Assembly (NCBI GenBank): GCA_900088475.1
Contig: FLMG01002125.1
Location: 1-64,000, forward strand
DNA: 64,000 bases
Reading direction: 5' to 3'
Source: Hyphochytrium catenoides
Taxonomy: Eukaryota > Protista > Hyphochytriomycota
Shown here: positions 54,340 to 64,000 of the stretch, one piece after another
How the letters are laid out: each line of letters starts with the position of its first letter
Numbering within the stretch: the stretch's first letter is position 1
The notes under the pieces: generated by a model
The model's input: only the letters and a program-made list of their open reading frames with translations
Database searches by the model: none
Told to the model about the DNA's origin: nothing
Translations under genes and position numbers: made by a program

Positions 54340-55490
54340 ATGTTGTTGTCAAGCATTAGTGCCAGCAATAGGAGGAGAGAATCAAAATGCAGCACCACCG
54401 GTGCGAAGGTCTCTGGTAATGCGGACCATATTTCTTTTGTGAACTCTTTCGCTACCGAACGGACCTTGTACCTTTCGATTGTACCATTACTCTTCAGTTG
54501 ATCCTGAAGACCCAACAGCGCACTCCTACAATATCTTTGTTCCTATCAGTAGTTGGCTTTGTTAGAACTCCCACCACGCACGTACAGTTAATCTCTTCAC
54601 CGCCAGAATTTCTTCTTCCATACCTGGCTTCCATTCTGGAGCATGTCAAAGGTTAAGGGCTTCTTCCATCGTCTTTGGCTCTGTAGTAGTGGCGAGCAGG
54701 GAAGAATGCCCCTCCAAACAAGTCAGCTGCGTGGCCCTTTCTTGTTGTTCCTCTCAGCGCCCCCTCCTAGAACTGATCCTGATGATATTGTAGGACCGGC
54801 CGCCGAGTCAGGGCTTCAGCTTGCTCCCTAGATTTTCCTCCTAACAGCATACTTCTTCCGCCGAGGATGTTCCGTAGATTAAGAGATTGTCTTTCTTCTC
54901 CGATTTGTCAAGGTCATTGCGTCGGCTCGGAGATTTATCACCTTTCCTTAAAAAAAAACAGGAAAATGATAAGTTCCAGCCACCACGAAGAGAGAGAGAG
55001 AGTGGCAATCAGAGAGATTGAGCGAGAAGACGGAGCTCGCACACCGCTTGAGTTGTTAAAACCGGACTGCCCTTTGCTTAATGATCCTCCGCAGGCTGTC
55101 AGGATCATCAAGGCGATAATAGCTGTTACTAAGAAGAAGATAATATGGGGCTTGGACTTTTTGGAAAAGCTTTCTCCTCTCTCACTCTTTCCACCGGGGA
55201 AGCGGGCATAGGCTCCGCACAGTAGACGGAAGATGGCGAAGATTGCGTTTCTTGTAAGACCATTATGCTTCAAAAAACGGGGGCAGCTTGTCTAGAGCTT
55301 TGCTTTGGGATACGGTCCCAAAGGTAGGCTGCTGCTGTTGAATGTAGCTATCCCCCTCCCTCCTCCGAGTCGGCCCAAATAAGCAGCGGAAGAGATGCTT
55401 CGTGTGGGTGGTTACGAGCTGCCTCCAGGAGTGCGATTGCATCGTTCAGCTACGGCTGTTCACCCTCGGGATGTGAGGAATGGTGATTGC
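54340..55490 (-). mobile_element. Degenerate Ty1/copia LTR-retrotransposon pol fragment (integrase C-half, SH3-like region, RT N-terminus)
   Basis: Frameshifted motifs in copia order: VAERCNRT, SLPLLIWAD, AAYLWDRIP, SKALD, CGAYA, YRLDDPDS..RAVRF, EPKTMEEAL, EWKPGMEEEI, WVFRI, GTIERYKVRSVAKEFT, ETFAPVV. Confidence 0.9.
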
Positions 55491-55946
55491 AAAAAATCAG
55501 TGCTTTCTCCGTAGCTTTGCGTTGTTGTAGCTTTAATTATTAGGGAGCTGGTAGGGTAACACCTACGGTGGAGCACTAAGTTTTCTTCGTGGCGTGTTGG
55601 AGATAAAGGGTGGCTCTCTCTCACTCTCAAACTTGCATAAACACCCTCAGCCAGCCTCTGTTGTCGCCTGCTCGCAACCAGGTATCGGAGAATGGCAACG
55701 CAACAAAGAGGAGGCACAGTTGACTGGCCCTATTATGATGAAGTTGTAGCTGATGAACAGTAGTCACCGGCAGATAAATACCGGTACGGACCTCACATCT
55801 TCGAAGCATCGTTGAATATGTCCTCTTACTATTGACACTTTTAGAGTTATCGTTGATGGCCTTCCATATCCCTCATTAGGTGCAACTATAGACCCGTACA
55901 GCCTTGAGTCAACTGTCGCTTTATACAGACGAAAAAATCGATCGTA

Positions 55947-56077
55947 TCGTCAGCCTAAGACAGGATAAGACAGGGCTAGCTCGCCTCATACAGGTGAAGG
56001 TTCGTCAGCCTAAGACAGGCTAAGACGCAGCTCCGCTCCATAGTGAAGGTTCATCTGCATAAGATAGGCTAAGACGC
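55947..56077. repeat. Three diverged units of about 50 bp containing paired TAAGAC motifs
   Basis: tcgtcagcctaagacaggataagac..., gtgaaggttcgtcagcctaagacaggctaagacgc..., gtgaaggttcatctgcataagataggctaagacgc. Confidence 0.85.
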
Positions 56078-56099
56078 GGATTGTCTAGTAGTACTAGCA

Positions 56100-59000
56100 T
56101 AGCAGAGGCTCGACGATATCATATGCCCAACCTTCCACAAATGTGGCATTTCTTGTCCGCCCTCCTGGCAGCAGCAGTGGTCCACGCATGAAAGGCGGCT
56201 ACACGGCCAGCAACTTCTGCTGCCGAGTTGCGCCGCCATGTAGTAGGAGACGACCTGACCCCTCTTAGTGACTTTATCAATGAACGAAGAAGAAGGTGAA
56301 CCAGCCTATAGTGAAGATCATTTATTATTATTGCGAGGGAACATGATGCACAACAGTGCCTACATCGGGGACTACTCTTACTATGGGAAAAGGAACCACC
56401 CGACAGTTGCCTCGCTCGAAACGGCCTCTAAAGAATGAATCTTCAGGCGACGAACTGACAGCGGTGGTGGTGTGAGGGGAATTGAGTGGCCGTGAAACCA
56501 AAAGCAAAGCTTGATGCTTCATGTCAGTGATGACCTAGATGGTTGACCAAGGACTAACGGCGGGACGATGTTGCAAGGATAAAAGAGCCCTCAAAGAAGA
56601 GGCTATCACAAACGGAGGAATGGAAACCTTCTTCTTCTCTAATAAGGGCGTTATTTATTATTATTAGTAGTAGTGAACTCTTCTGTTCCCTCCTTGAATA
56701 ATGAAGCTCACCACCACCTTTACCCGAACCGACACCTTCCCTGCAGCTGATAAGCCAGAGATATGGTCTTGAGTTCGGTAGAAGATTAGAACTTGGCACT
56801 CCTGTCCCTGGGTAACTACAAATAACACGTCTTCTCGCTTTTCTCTCAAATGTAAGTTGAGAAAGCATGTTCTTCGGGCTAGTGGGATGTGAAGGGCATT
56901 ATTCTATTCAGCACCCAAACCACTGAGGAATCCTGGCTTTTGAAGGGGGGGAATATCAGCAATCCCTTGCTGAATGATAATAAACTCGTCGTTCGTTGGT
57001 GGCGGTGGTGAAGATGATCCCAGTGCCAAACTTTAAATCCGGACAGAGGAAACCACTCGCCGTGCGTGCCCAGTGGCATATATTCAGATGCTCTAGAGAC
57101 GGGGTTCAGATAGCTACTATTATCGTCAGAAAACTGCAGAGAAGACGATGACGTAACAGCGACTGATGTGTTAGAAGAGGATGATGTACTGTCACTGTAG
57201 CTATTGTTAAACAATTCATCATTATCATCAGCTTTTCTAGAGGAATTAGTTACATGAACCATGAGCTGTGTCATAGGCAATCATCTTGTAGTTGCCTCGT
57301 CCTCCACCTCATCATTTTTCGCTGTTGTTGATTGAGACTACTTACTGCTGTTGTCGTTCCCTTCTGGTGGTAGAGTTGACAGGTTTGTCCTTCCAGCTTC
57401 CTTCCTCCTCCCCTTCTTCCTCCTCCTGTCGCTCGGGCCATCACGAGGTCACTAGTTCGATCTGCATCCCAGGTAGTAGTTCCCAGCAGCGCTCAAGCGC
57501 TCAGAGCGATGCACAGCAATATAGTGTTGAAAACAAATAAAACCATATTCCGAGTTACTCATCAGCTCGTCGTTTTTTTGGAGTCTTGCCTTGTTGTTGT
57601 GTCGTCCTCCTATCTGCCGCATGATGCCTGCACCATTATAAGATGATGATAAGTTATTATCTCGTCGCTCGCCGGTCCACCTTCTCCTCCAGAGGTGACG
57701 CTACTACTAGTAGGATATATAATGCCTTGCTCGTCAATGGCAGTATCGTCCTCCCGTCTTCTTCTCAATAATGGCCTTGCCTAGTAAAAGGCTTTTTGGA
57801 TTAGGGGTTGGTGGTCTGGCTTGCTGTTTGTGCTGAAGCAGCACCAACTGATTGCCGAGAAAACGGGCGTGGTCTTGGCTTGAATGATGGTCACATTGTG
57901 TTGTCTCATCACTGCTCTCATGATGCCGAGTGATGATAATTATTAGCATCTGTAAAATGATAGTACTACTACTACTACTTTATTACTGACTTTAGAAGAG
58001 AACAGTATAGAACCCACTGAGGGAAAATGAAAAACAGTAACTAACTAGCTATCTGGAACTATGGAGGACTGCTTACAAGTACTGCTTGCCACTCCTAGAG
58101 ACCTACTACAACTACTACTCTCCCTAAACCAACCCGCCAAGGACTGCTCCAAGAACCTGCTGCAGGATTACTTCCTGCAGGGCTCCTGGTGGGAGAGGAA
58201 GACGTGCAGAGACCATCTGCGCATTGGACCGCCGCTGGATATGAACAGATATTCTGCCATAATAGATAGTAGAATTGAAAAGAAGGGAAGACAAAGAAAC
58301 TCCCCCTCCACATCTATCATGTATCGCCCGGATCCAGTGACGTAGAGTGCTATGGACTTCCTCCGTTGCTTAGCGGCATGGCCAATACGAGCTACTACTA
58401 CTGCTGCTGGTTGTCGTTCTTCTTACTGCTGCCTGGGGTGTTTCGTTGTTGTTCAGCTACTTTACATGATGACAAAGCAAATTTTACTTACTACTTCTTA
58501 CGGTGAAGAAGGAGTGCTCTGAAGAACTAGCATGCCAGGTTTTGGAAAACTATTGTTGACTTTTTTTTTTCTGCTATGAATGAATAATAACGAGCATTTA
58601 TAACGACTAATAGCTACTAAGAAGAAGTAAGAGATGAAGAAAGAAGAAGAAGAAGAAGCAAGAGAAAGAAGAAAAGAAACCAGGAAAGCGATGACGCCTT
58701 GGTCTCATCCTCCTCAACCTGATCTCCTCCACACTCATCATCAGTAAAGGAAGAATCATAATTGATCTCCTCAGTGATAATAACGGGAGAAGCAGGAGCG
58801 GGGTTATATATTTTTCTCTAAAGATGCTGGTCCGTGCTGACCTCCACACAGCCTCCACAACGTTATCTGAAGGAAGGCTGAAACGAGGCTCAGTTGGCCG
58901 AACAAAAGAACTGGTTCACCATTATCGAATTGTACAACGAATCCCGCGGAAAACGAATCAAACTATTCCTCGGCACTTCCGTCCTAAAACAGCATTGAAT

Positions 59001-62000
59001 CAAACTCTTAGTCTGGCAGTCCTAAGGAAGGAGGATGGGAGAGCCGGCGGCGGCAGCCCCCAGGGTGGCGACAGTCCAGGTCCAGTACAAAGGATCACAA
59101 ACCTGACTGCTGGGAGATGGGAGGTCATGAATCAAACTTCAAGAAAGCTCAGCACTTTCAGTCGGAATGCGGAAAGCCTGTAGAGTAGCAGTAACAGCTG
59201 CAGTAACTACTAAACTTTTGTCACTCGGCACGTCGGGGTTGCAAGTATTGTATTCCTCCCCATCTCTCGCGAAGCATTGACTTGAAGTCACTCAGAATGT
59301 TCTACAGTAGAACTACTCATAGTCATTATTATTTACTCGTACCAGCGTCGTTTACTGTTTTATTTGGTACATACAGTGTAGTACTTCAAGTTTCTGTACT
59401 GTAGTGTAGCCATTCTCATCTGATTACTGTGGTTCTATAATTCCCACTGTACTGTACTCATTTCATAACCAGAGAACTGCGCAGTCACTCTGATTTCTAC
59501 TGTTTTGTAAAACATCTGTACTGTACACTGGGCAGTAAAGTTTACAGTACTGTACGCCACTGTACACCAACTGGTGAACGTACTGTGTATTATTCATGAT
59601 CAGGGAAGCCCATACTGATTTGGTACACTTCAACTTGTACACAAGTGTACCGAATGGTGGGAGGTCCTGAGCAAGGTGCGACCATCACCCTCCTCCTTCT
59701 TCTTCTTCTCGGAGAAGTCGGACTTTGTTTCTACAGAACTAATGGTTCCTTCGATAGAAGGTTCAAATAAAGGTTAGGATGATGATGGAATGGTGGTGTG
59801 GTGATTGAGCCTCCTCCTCCTCGACTCCTGCCACCACCACAACGTAACAACATATACTCGTTCGCCTCCCTCCTCCTCCTCCCACTACTATGTAGTAGCT
59901 CTTCTTCTCTCTTCCTCGGCCTTGCTCTTCTTCTTATGAAGAAGAAGAAACCTGCAAGCAAAGCTTGAATAACGTGGTACTACTTTTGAATAGAATCCTA
60001 CCACCACCACAACACCACCACTATCCTCCGTCGTCACTGATGATGAGCAACACCACCACCAACACTCCTCGTCCTGGGAAAGAAGAAGAGAAGGAAGAAG
60101 AAGAGGATGACCGACTGTCGTCCACCGCTGGAGGAGGCGCCGCTGCTGCTAATAAAGACGACCATCAACATCCTCTCATCATAACAGTGGGAGGCGAGAT
60201 TACTACTATATAATAATCGAAGAAGTAGAAAGAGCCGCCAGCACCACCAACAAGACAAACTCGCTGCAGCAGCATAATAATAACTGCAAGAGACACTTCC
60301 TCCATTATTGATCAACCACTCTTCGGCAAGAGTGGAAAAAACAGGAAGCAGGTGACAGGAGGAGGCAGCCGGGATTTTAAGATTAGGAGAAAGAAGGAGA
60401 CGATGGTACCGGGAAGTAATAAGTCGTAAATGTTTGTTGCTGCAGCGAGCGCCGAACATCATGACGGTATCGTCGGTAGAGCCGCGGCAAGCATTTCAGA
60501 TTTGCATCACCCACGACAGGGGGAAGCAGGCATAGTAGTAGGGGCCTGCACCAGAGGATGCTGGAGTCGTAATTAAGCAAGGGGGAGATGATGCTGAGCT
60601 TGTTGTTAACAAGCGTCGAGAACTAACGGCGTTCAAAAAAGGGACATGGATAATAATGATGATGTTGTTAGGAATAGAAGAATGGCTGACTATTTAATAA
60701 TATGATAAACCCTAGGCAAGATCCGCCATTCACTAAAAGAAGGACCACCTTACTTCTTGCAGTTGATGAAGAGGGATCGGCTGTACGATAGCAAAACCAA
60801 AAGGGAACCCCCACAACATAAACAGGTCATCAAGACAAATTGCAGAGCACCAGCAGAGACTCAAGACAAAAAAAACATCAAAACCGAGGGAGAGAATGGT
60901 GAAAAAGGGCAAACGGTTCCAAAATAAGGGGAGTAACAACGAAAACAGAAGGAATGGCAGCGGCTAGGAAGGATGCTAAAGGAAGCTTCCCGGGACCAAT
61001 AAACAACAGATATGATGGGGAAGATGTTGCAGCAGAGGAGGACGAGAAGTGGGGGAAGAAACCCAGTACTGCCGCCTCCACCTCAAGCACGAATGAGCAA
61101 GAAGCAGCCATCGAGAATCATGGTCGCCCTGGTGTTGTTGTTGGATGTTATTGTCATCATCAAATTAGTAGGTAATAGCAAGAAAGGGGAAGAAGAGCAG
61201 CCTCGGCGGATGTAGAACAAGAAGACGAGAATCGACGATGACGACTGCTTTGATGAGGTTTCCGGCCCACCAAAAAGGGAACAGAGGAGCAGCAGCAGCA
61301 TCTTGTTCTTGCTGCTACTACTGTGAGGAGCGGGGATGATGATGATAGGAAAGTAAAGGAAGAGCTGGTGGTGGTGGTGGTGGTGGACGAGGAAGAGGTC
61401 GACGACGGACGGAACGATGATCATGAAGAGGGGGACGAAGAGGATGAGTAGGACGACGAAGAAGAGGAGGAGGACGAGGAGGAGCCTCTTATTAACAATT
61501 GAGCACCACCACTGAAAAACAGGACCGCCGCTGACGACGATTGGTGAAGCAAATGATGATGAAACTCATCATGAAGGAATTTGCAATCCTAATCTAATGA
61601 TGCTGCGTCCCGATTATTGAGGATGGATTATTAGCTGAGTGGACAAATCGGCGGCGGTGAGTGGCAGCAGCATGACAGCTCAACCCCTGCGTGTTTTTGT
61701 GCAGCTGTTTGTTGTGAGCTGCTGTGGTAGTAGTAATGGAGTGTGCATAGGAGGACAAATATACATTGTGAGACGACAACGAACAACGACCATCATCAGC
61801 CACCATAAAGTCATCAATCGACGACCAGTCGGCGCTAGACAACCAAAACGAACGGCACTACTACTACTGCGCCAGCACCCAGCAACGTTGGACAAGTAGT
61901 AGTATCAGGCTATTTTCATCATCCCACCAATAGTTAGAAACCTTCTTCTCTTTAGCTGCTTGCAATAATAATAAGATATTCGTTGGAGTTTTGCCAGTAC

Positions 62001-62150
62001 GTCGGGGGACTGCAGTTGACCATCCAAGTCTCTACTACTGTGCGTCTATAATGTCACTACTGTCCCTGTTATTTTCAAGTACAGCACAGTTGTCATGGAT
62101 GATGTGGTGTAAGTAGTAGTAGCGTATGCGTGACTTCTCACAACACAACT
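56100..62150. other. About 6-kb low-complexity island with decayed protein-like fragments
   Basis: tactac/tagtag, gaagaa, tcatca, agcagc and caccac runs; short protein-like frames broken by stops; no intact gene. Boundaries approximate. Confidence 0.55.
59300..59655. repeat. Dense ACTGT/ACAGT motif array with a palindrome and a terminal hairpin
   Basis: About 13 ACTGT/ACAGT copies in about 300 bp; perfect palindrome TACAGTACTGTA at 59543-59554; stem GGTACACTT (59622-59630) / AAGTGTACC (59643-59651). Confidence 0.8.
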
Positions 62151-62221
62151 TTCCAGAACAACAGAAACACAAGCTAACGACAAACAGTTGAAGAGGAAGA
62201 AGAAATTAGACCACATTGGAC

Positions 62222-63994
62222 ATGCGGAGTGAGGCTGATGAAGACGTTCCTCAGAAGAAATCCAAGCTCAAGAATGGGTTTGGGGCGAAGATTCTGGCAA
62301 AGTTTGGATGGGAAGATGGCAAGGGGTTGGGCAAGAAGAACGACGGGATCGCGGATCCATATCTACCGACTCATCGGGTGCATCGTGCTGGGCTCGGGCT
62401 TGCTTTCGCTGAATATGAAGTTCAGTCATGGGTAGCCAGAGATTCTATGGTTCAGGTGGATATTATGCAGAAGTTACCCAGGACCGAACAGGGCACAGGT
62501 TTACAGTTGGAAGAGTATGAGAAGCTCGTTGTGATTGGTGCTGCCCCTGGTGAGACGGTATCGTCTACCGTGTGCTCTACCTCAATTGTGAAGGCCGTAA
62601 ATCGAGCCAAATCTGCCCTTGATGATCTTTGGAATGGTGATAAGCGGCGATTTAGGCAGGCCCGTGCCAGATCCAATCCGTACGAGAGGATTTCTTCTGC
62701 ACACTTTCAGAACAGAGCCGCCCTCAAGCTTTCAGAACTGGACGCATCTTTCACTCCGGCGCTGACAGATACACCTCTTCTAGAAGAAGAGAATGGAGTT
62801 CTCTACTTTGCTGACATTTGTGCAGGCCCCGGAGGGTTCACGGAGTATGTATATTGGCGCAAGAAGTGGGCATGCAAAGGTTGGGGTTTCACTCTCAAGG
62901 GAGACTGTGACTTCCAGCTGAGGAGGTTTTATCCCAAGGTATCAGCTCAGACCTTTGAACCACTCTACGGCTATTACGACGATGGTGACATATTCAAAAG
63001 TGCCAACATCAAGCACTTCGAACAACAGGTACTTGCGGCAACTAACGATAGAGGCGTAGCATTAGTCACTGCCGACGGAGGCTTTAATACCGATGGAGAC
63101 TGGAATCGGCAGGAGTTTCTTACCAGGCGCCTGCTTCTTTGTCAGTATCTCACAGCGCTCTGTGTTCTCCGTGAGGGTGGTGCCTTCGTCTGCAAGATGT
63201 TTGACACCTTTACAGACTTCACTGTAGAGCTCATGTACATCATGACCCATCTGTTCGAGAACACATACTTGACAAAGCCAGTACAATCCCGACCCGCTAA
63301 CTCTGAAAGATTCTTCGTGTGTCGAGGGTTTAGAGGTTCAGCGGAGCCTACAATCTCCTACTTCTTCTGGCTCAACGATCAGTTGGAAAAGCTGGGCTTC
63401 ATCGACGCAAGCTCCAAGCCAACACAGGATATCTCGCATATCTACACAGAACCAACCATAGACTTTCTTCAGGCAGTACGCCAGTTCGTCGAACGAGTAT
63501 CATCCCGTCAAATTACGGCTTTGGAAGATGTTGTCCGCTATTACAAGGACCCTTCTCTCTCCCCTCCGGCAGACCAAGAAGCAGTACGGAAGCATGCGAT
63601 GGACTTGTGGCAGATACCAGACCTAAGCAGGGCTGATATCGGGCGGGACTGTGGTATCATTTGTTCTATGCGACACCAATCCATTCACGATCAGCTCTGG
63701 ACTATCATGCCATCATGGCTCCGGGAGTTTGAGAAGGGGCTTTCAGCGTTTCCCACATTGGGAGCAGATGTCAACATACCTGTTCCTGACGACTGCGCGG
63801 TGATCCCGCTCGATGAGGGTACTGCCATCGGGTTACTAGTAGGGTTACTAGACACAGTTGCCTTCGTCAACCGGAACATACTCAACAAGTTCGCAGTGAG
63901 AAGCGATCTGAGGTTACCTAATGGCACTATCCTTCTGGCTGAGCATAGAAGAGATGATGAGTATTCCATTATCGACGCTCATCTGATCTCATAG
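62222..63994 (+). CDS. CMTR1: Cap-specific mRNA (nucleoside-2'-O)-methyltransferase 1 with G-patch (uninterrupted ORF; 3' end possibly incomplete)
   Basis: G-patch GAKILAKFGWEDGKGLGKKNDGI...RAGLG. RrmJ/FtsJ-type domain SNPYE, FQNRAALKL, FADICAGPGGFTEY, KGWGFTL, TADGG, FVCKMFD, KPVQSRPANSERF with the K-D-K-E tetrad intact. Confidence 0.92.
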   Translation: MRSEADEDVPQKKSKLKNGFGAKILAKFGWEDGKGLGKKNDGIADPYLPTHRVHRAGLGLAFAEYEVQSWVARDSMVQVDIMQKLPRTEQGTGLQLEEYEKLVVIGAAPGETVSSTVCSTSIVKAVNRAKSALDDLWNGDKRRFRQARARSNPYERISSAHFQNRAALKLSELDASFTPALTDTPLLEEENGVLYFADICAGPGGFTEYVYWRKKWACKGWGFTLKGDCDFQLRRFYPKVSAQTFEPLYGYYDDGDIFKSANIKHFEQQVLAATNDRGVALVTADGGFNTDGDWNRQEFLTRRLLLCQYLTALCVLREGGAFVCKMFDTFTDFTVELMYIMTHLFENTYLTKPVQSRPANSERFFVCRGFRGSAEPTISYFFWLNDQLEKLGFIDASSKPTQDISHIYTEPTIDFLQAVRQFVERVSSRQITALEDVVRYYKDPSLSPPADQEAVRKHAMDLWQIPDLSRADIGRDCGIICSMRHQSIHDQLWTIMPSWLREFEKGLSAFPTLGADVNIPVPDDCAVIPLDEGTAIGLLVGLLDTVAFVNRNILNKFAVRSDLRLPNGTILLAEHRRDDEYSIIDAHLIS

Positions 63995-64000
63995 GACCCT

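Noticed and set aside
55947-56077. CRISPR-like repeat-spacer appearance
   Set aside because: Only three diverged units, the intervening sequences resemble each other, there are no cas genes, and the context is eukaryotic.

Overview
Eukaryotic nuclear DNA from an intron-rich, probably flagellated protist (stramenopile affinity is my inference). It uses the standard genetic code and, in every intron I traced, GT-AG splice sites; there are two assembly gaps. Hand-spliced genes: METTL21-family methyltransferase, SLC25 mitochondrial carrier, C2H2 zinc-finger protein, PH-domain/CaMK kinase, 17-exon CocE/NonD hydrolase, 24-exon IFT172, CSN7, a short-chain dehydrogenase (SDR) and an SPX-MFS phosphate transporter. 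Interleaved long uninterrupted ORFs: a Cys-rich single-pass membrane protein with a zinc ribbon, a tandem pair of membrane-anchored PAF-acetylhydrolase-like lipases, a DUF1769 protein and a G-patch CMTR1. Also present: a decayed Ty1/copia pol fragment and two compositionally distinct low-complexity islands (about 38.2-40.3 kb and 56.1-62.1 kb). The best leads are the bacterial-type intronless lipase pair (possible HGT), twin YGAATCTH phosphate-starvation motifs between the SDR and SPX-MFS genes (possible Pi/lipid-remodelling locus), an intronless G-patch CMTR1, an Efm5-like N-terminal helix on a METTL21 core, a Cys-rich IFT172 tail and a dense ACTGT/ACAGT palindromic array. None is established as a new system from sequence alone. 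No tRNA, rRNA or CRISPR array was seen. All family assignments come from motif recognition, not database searches.
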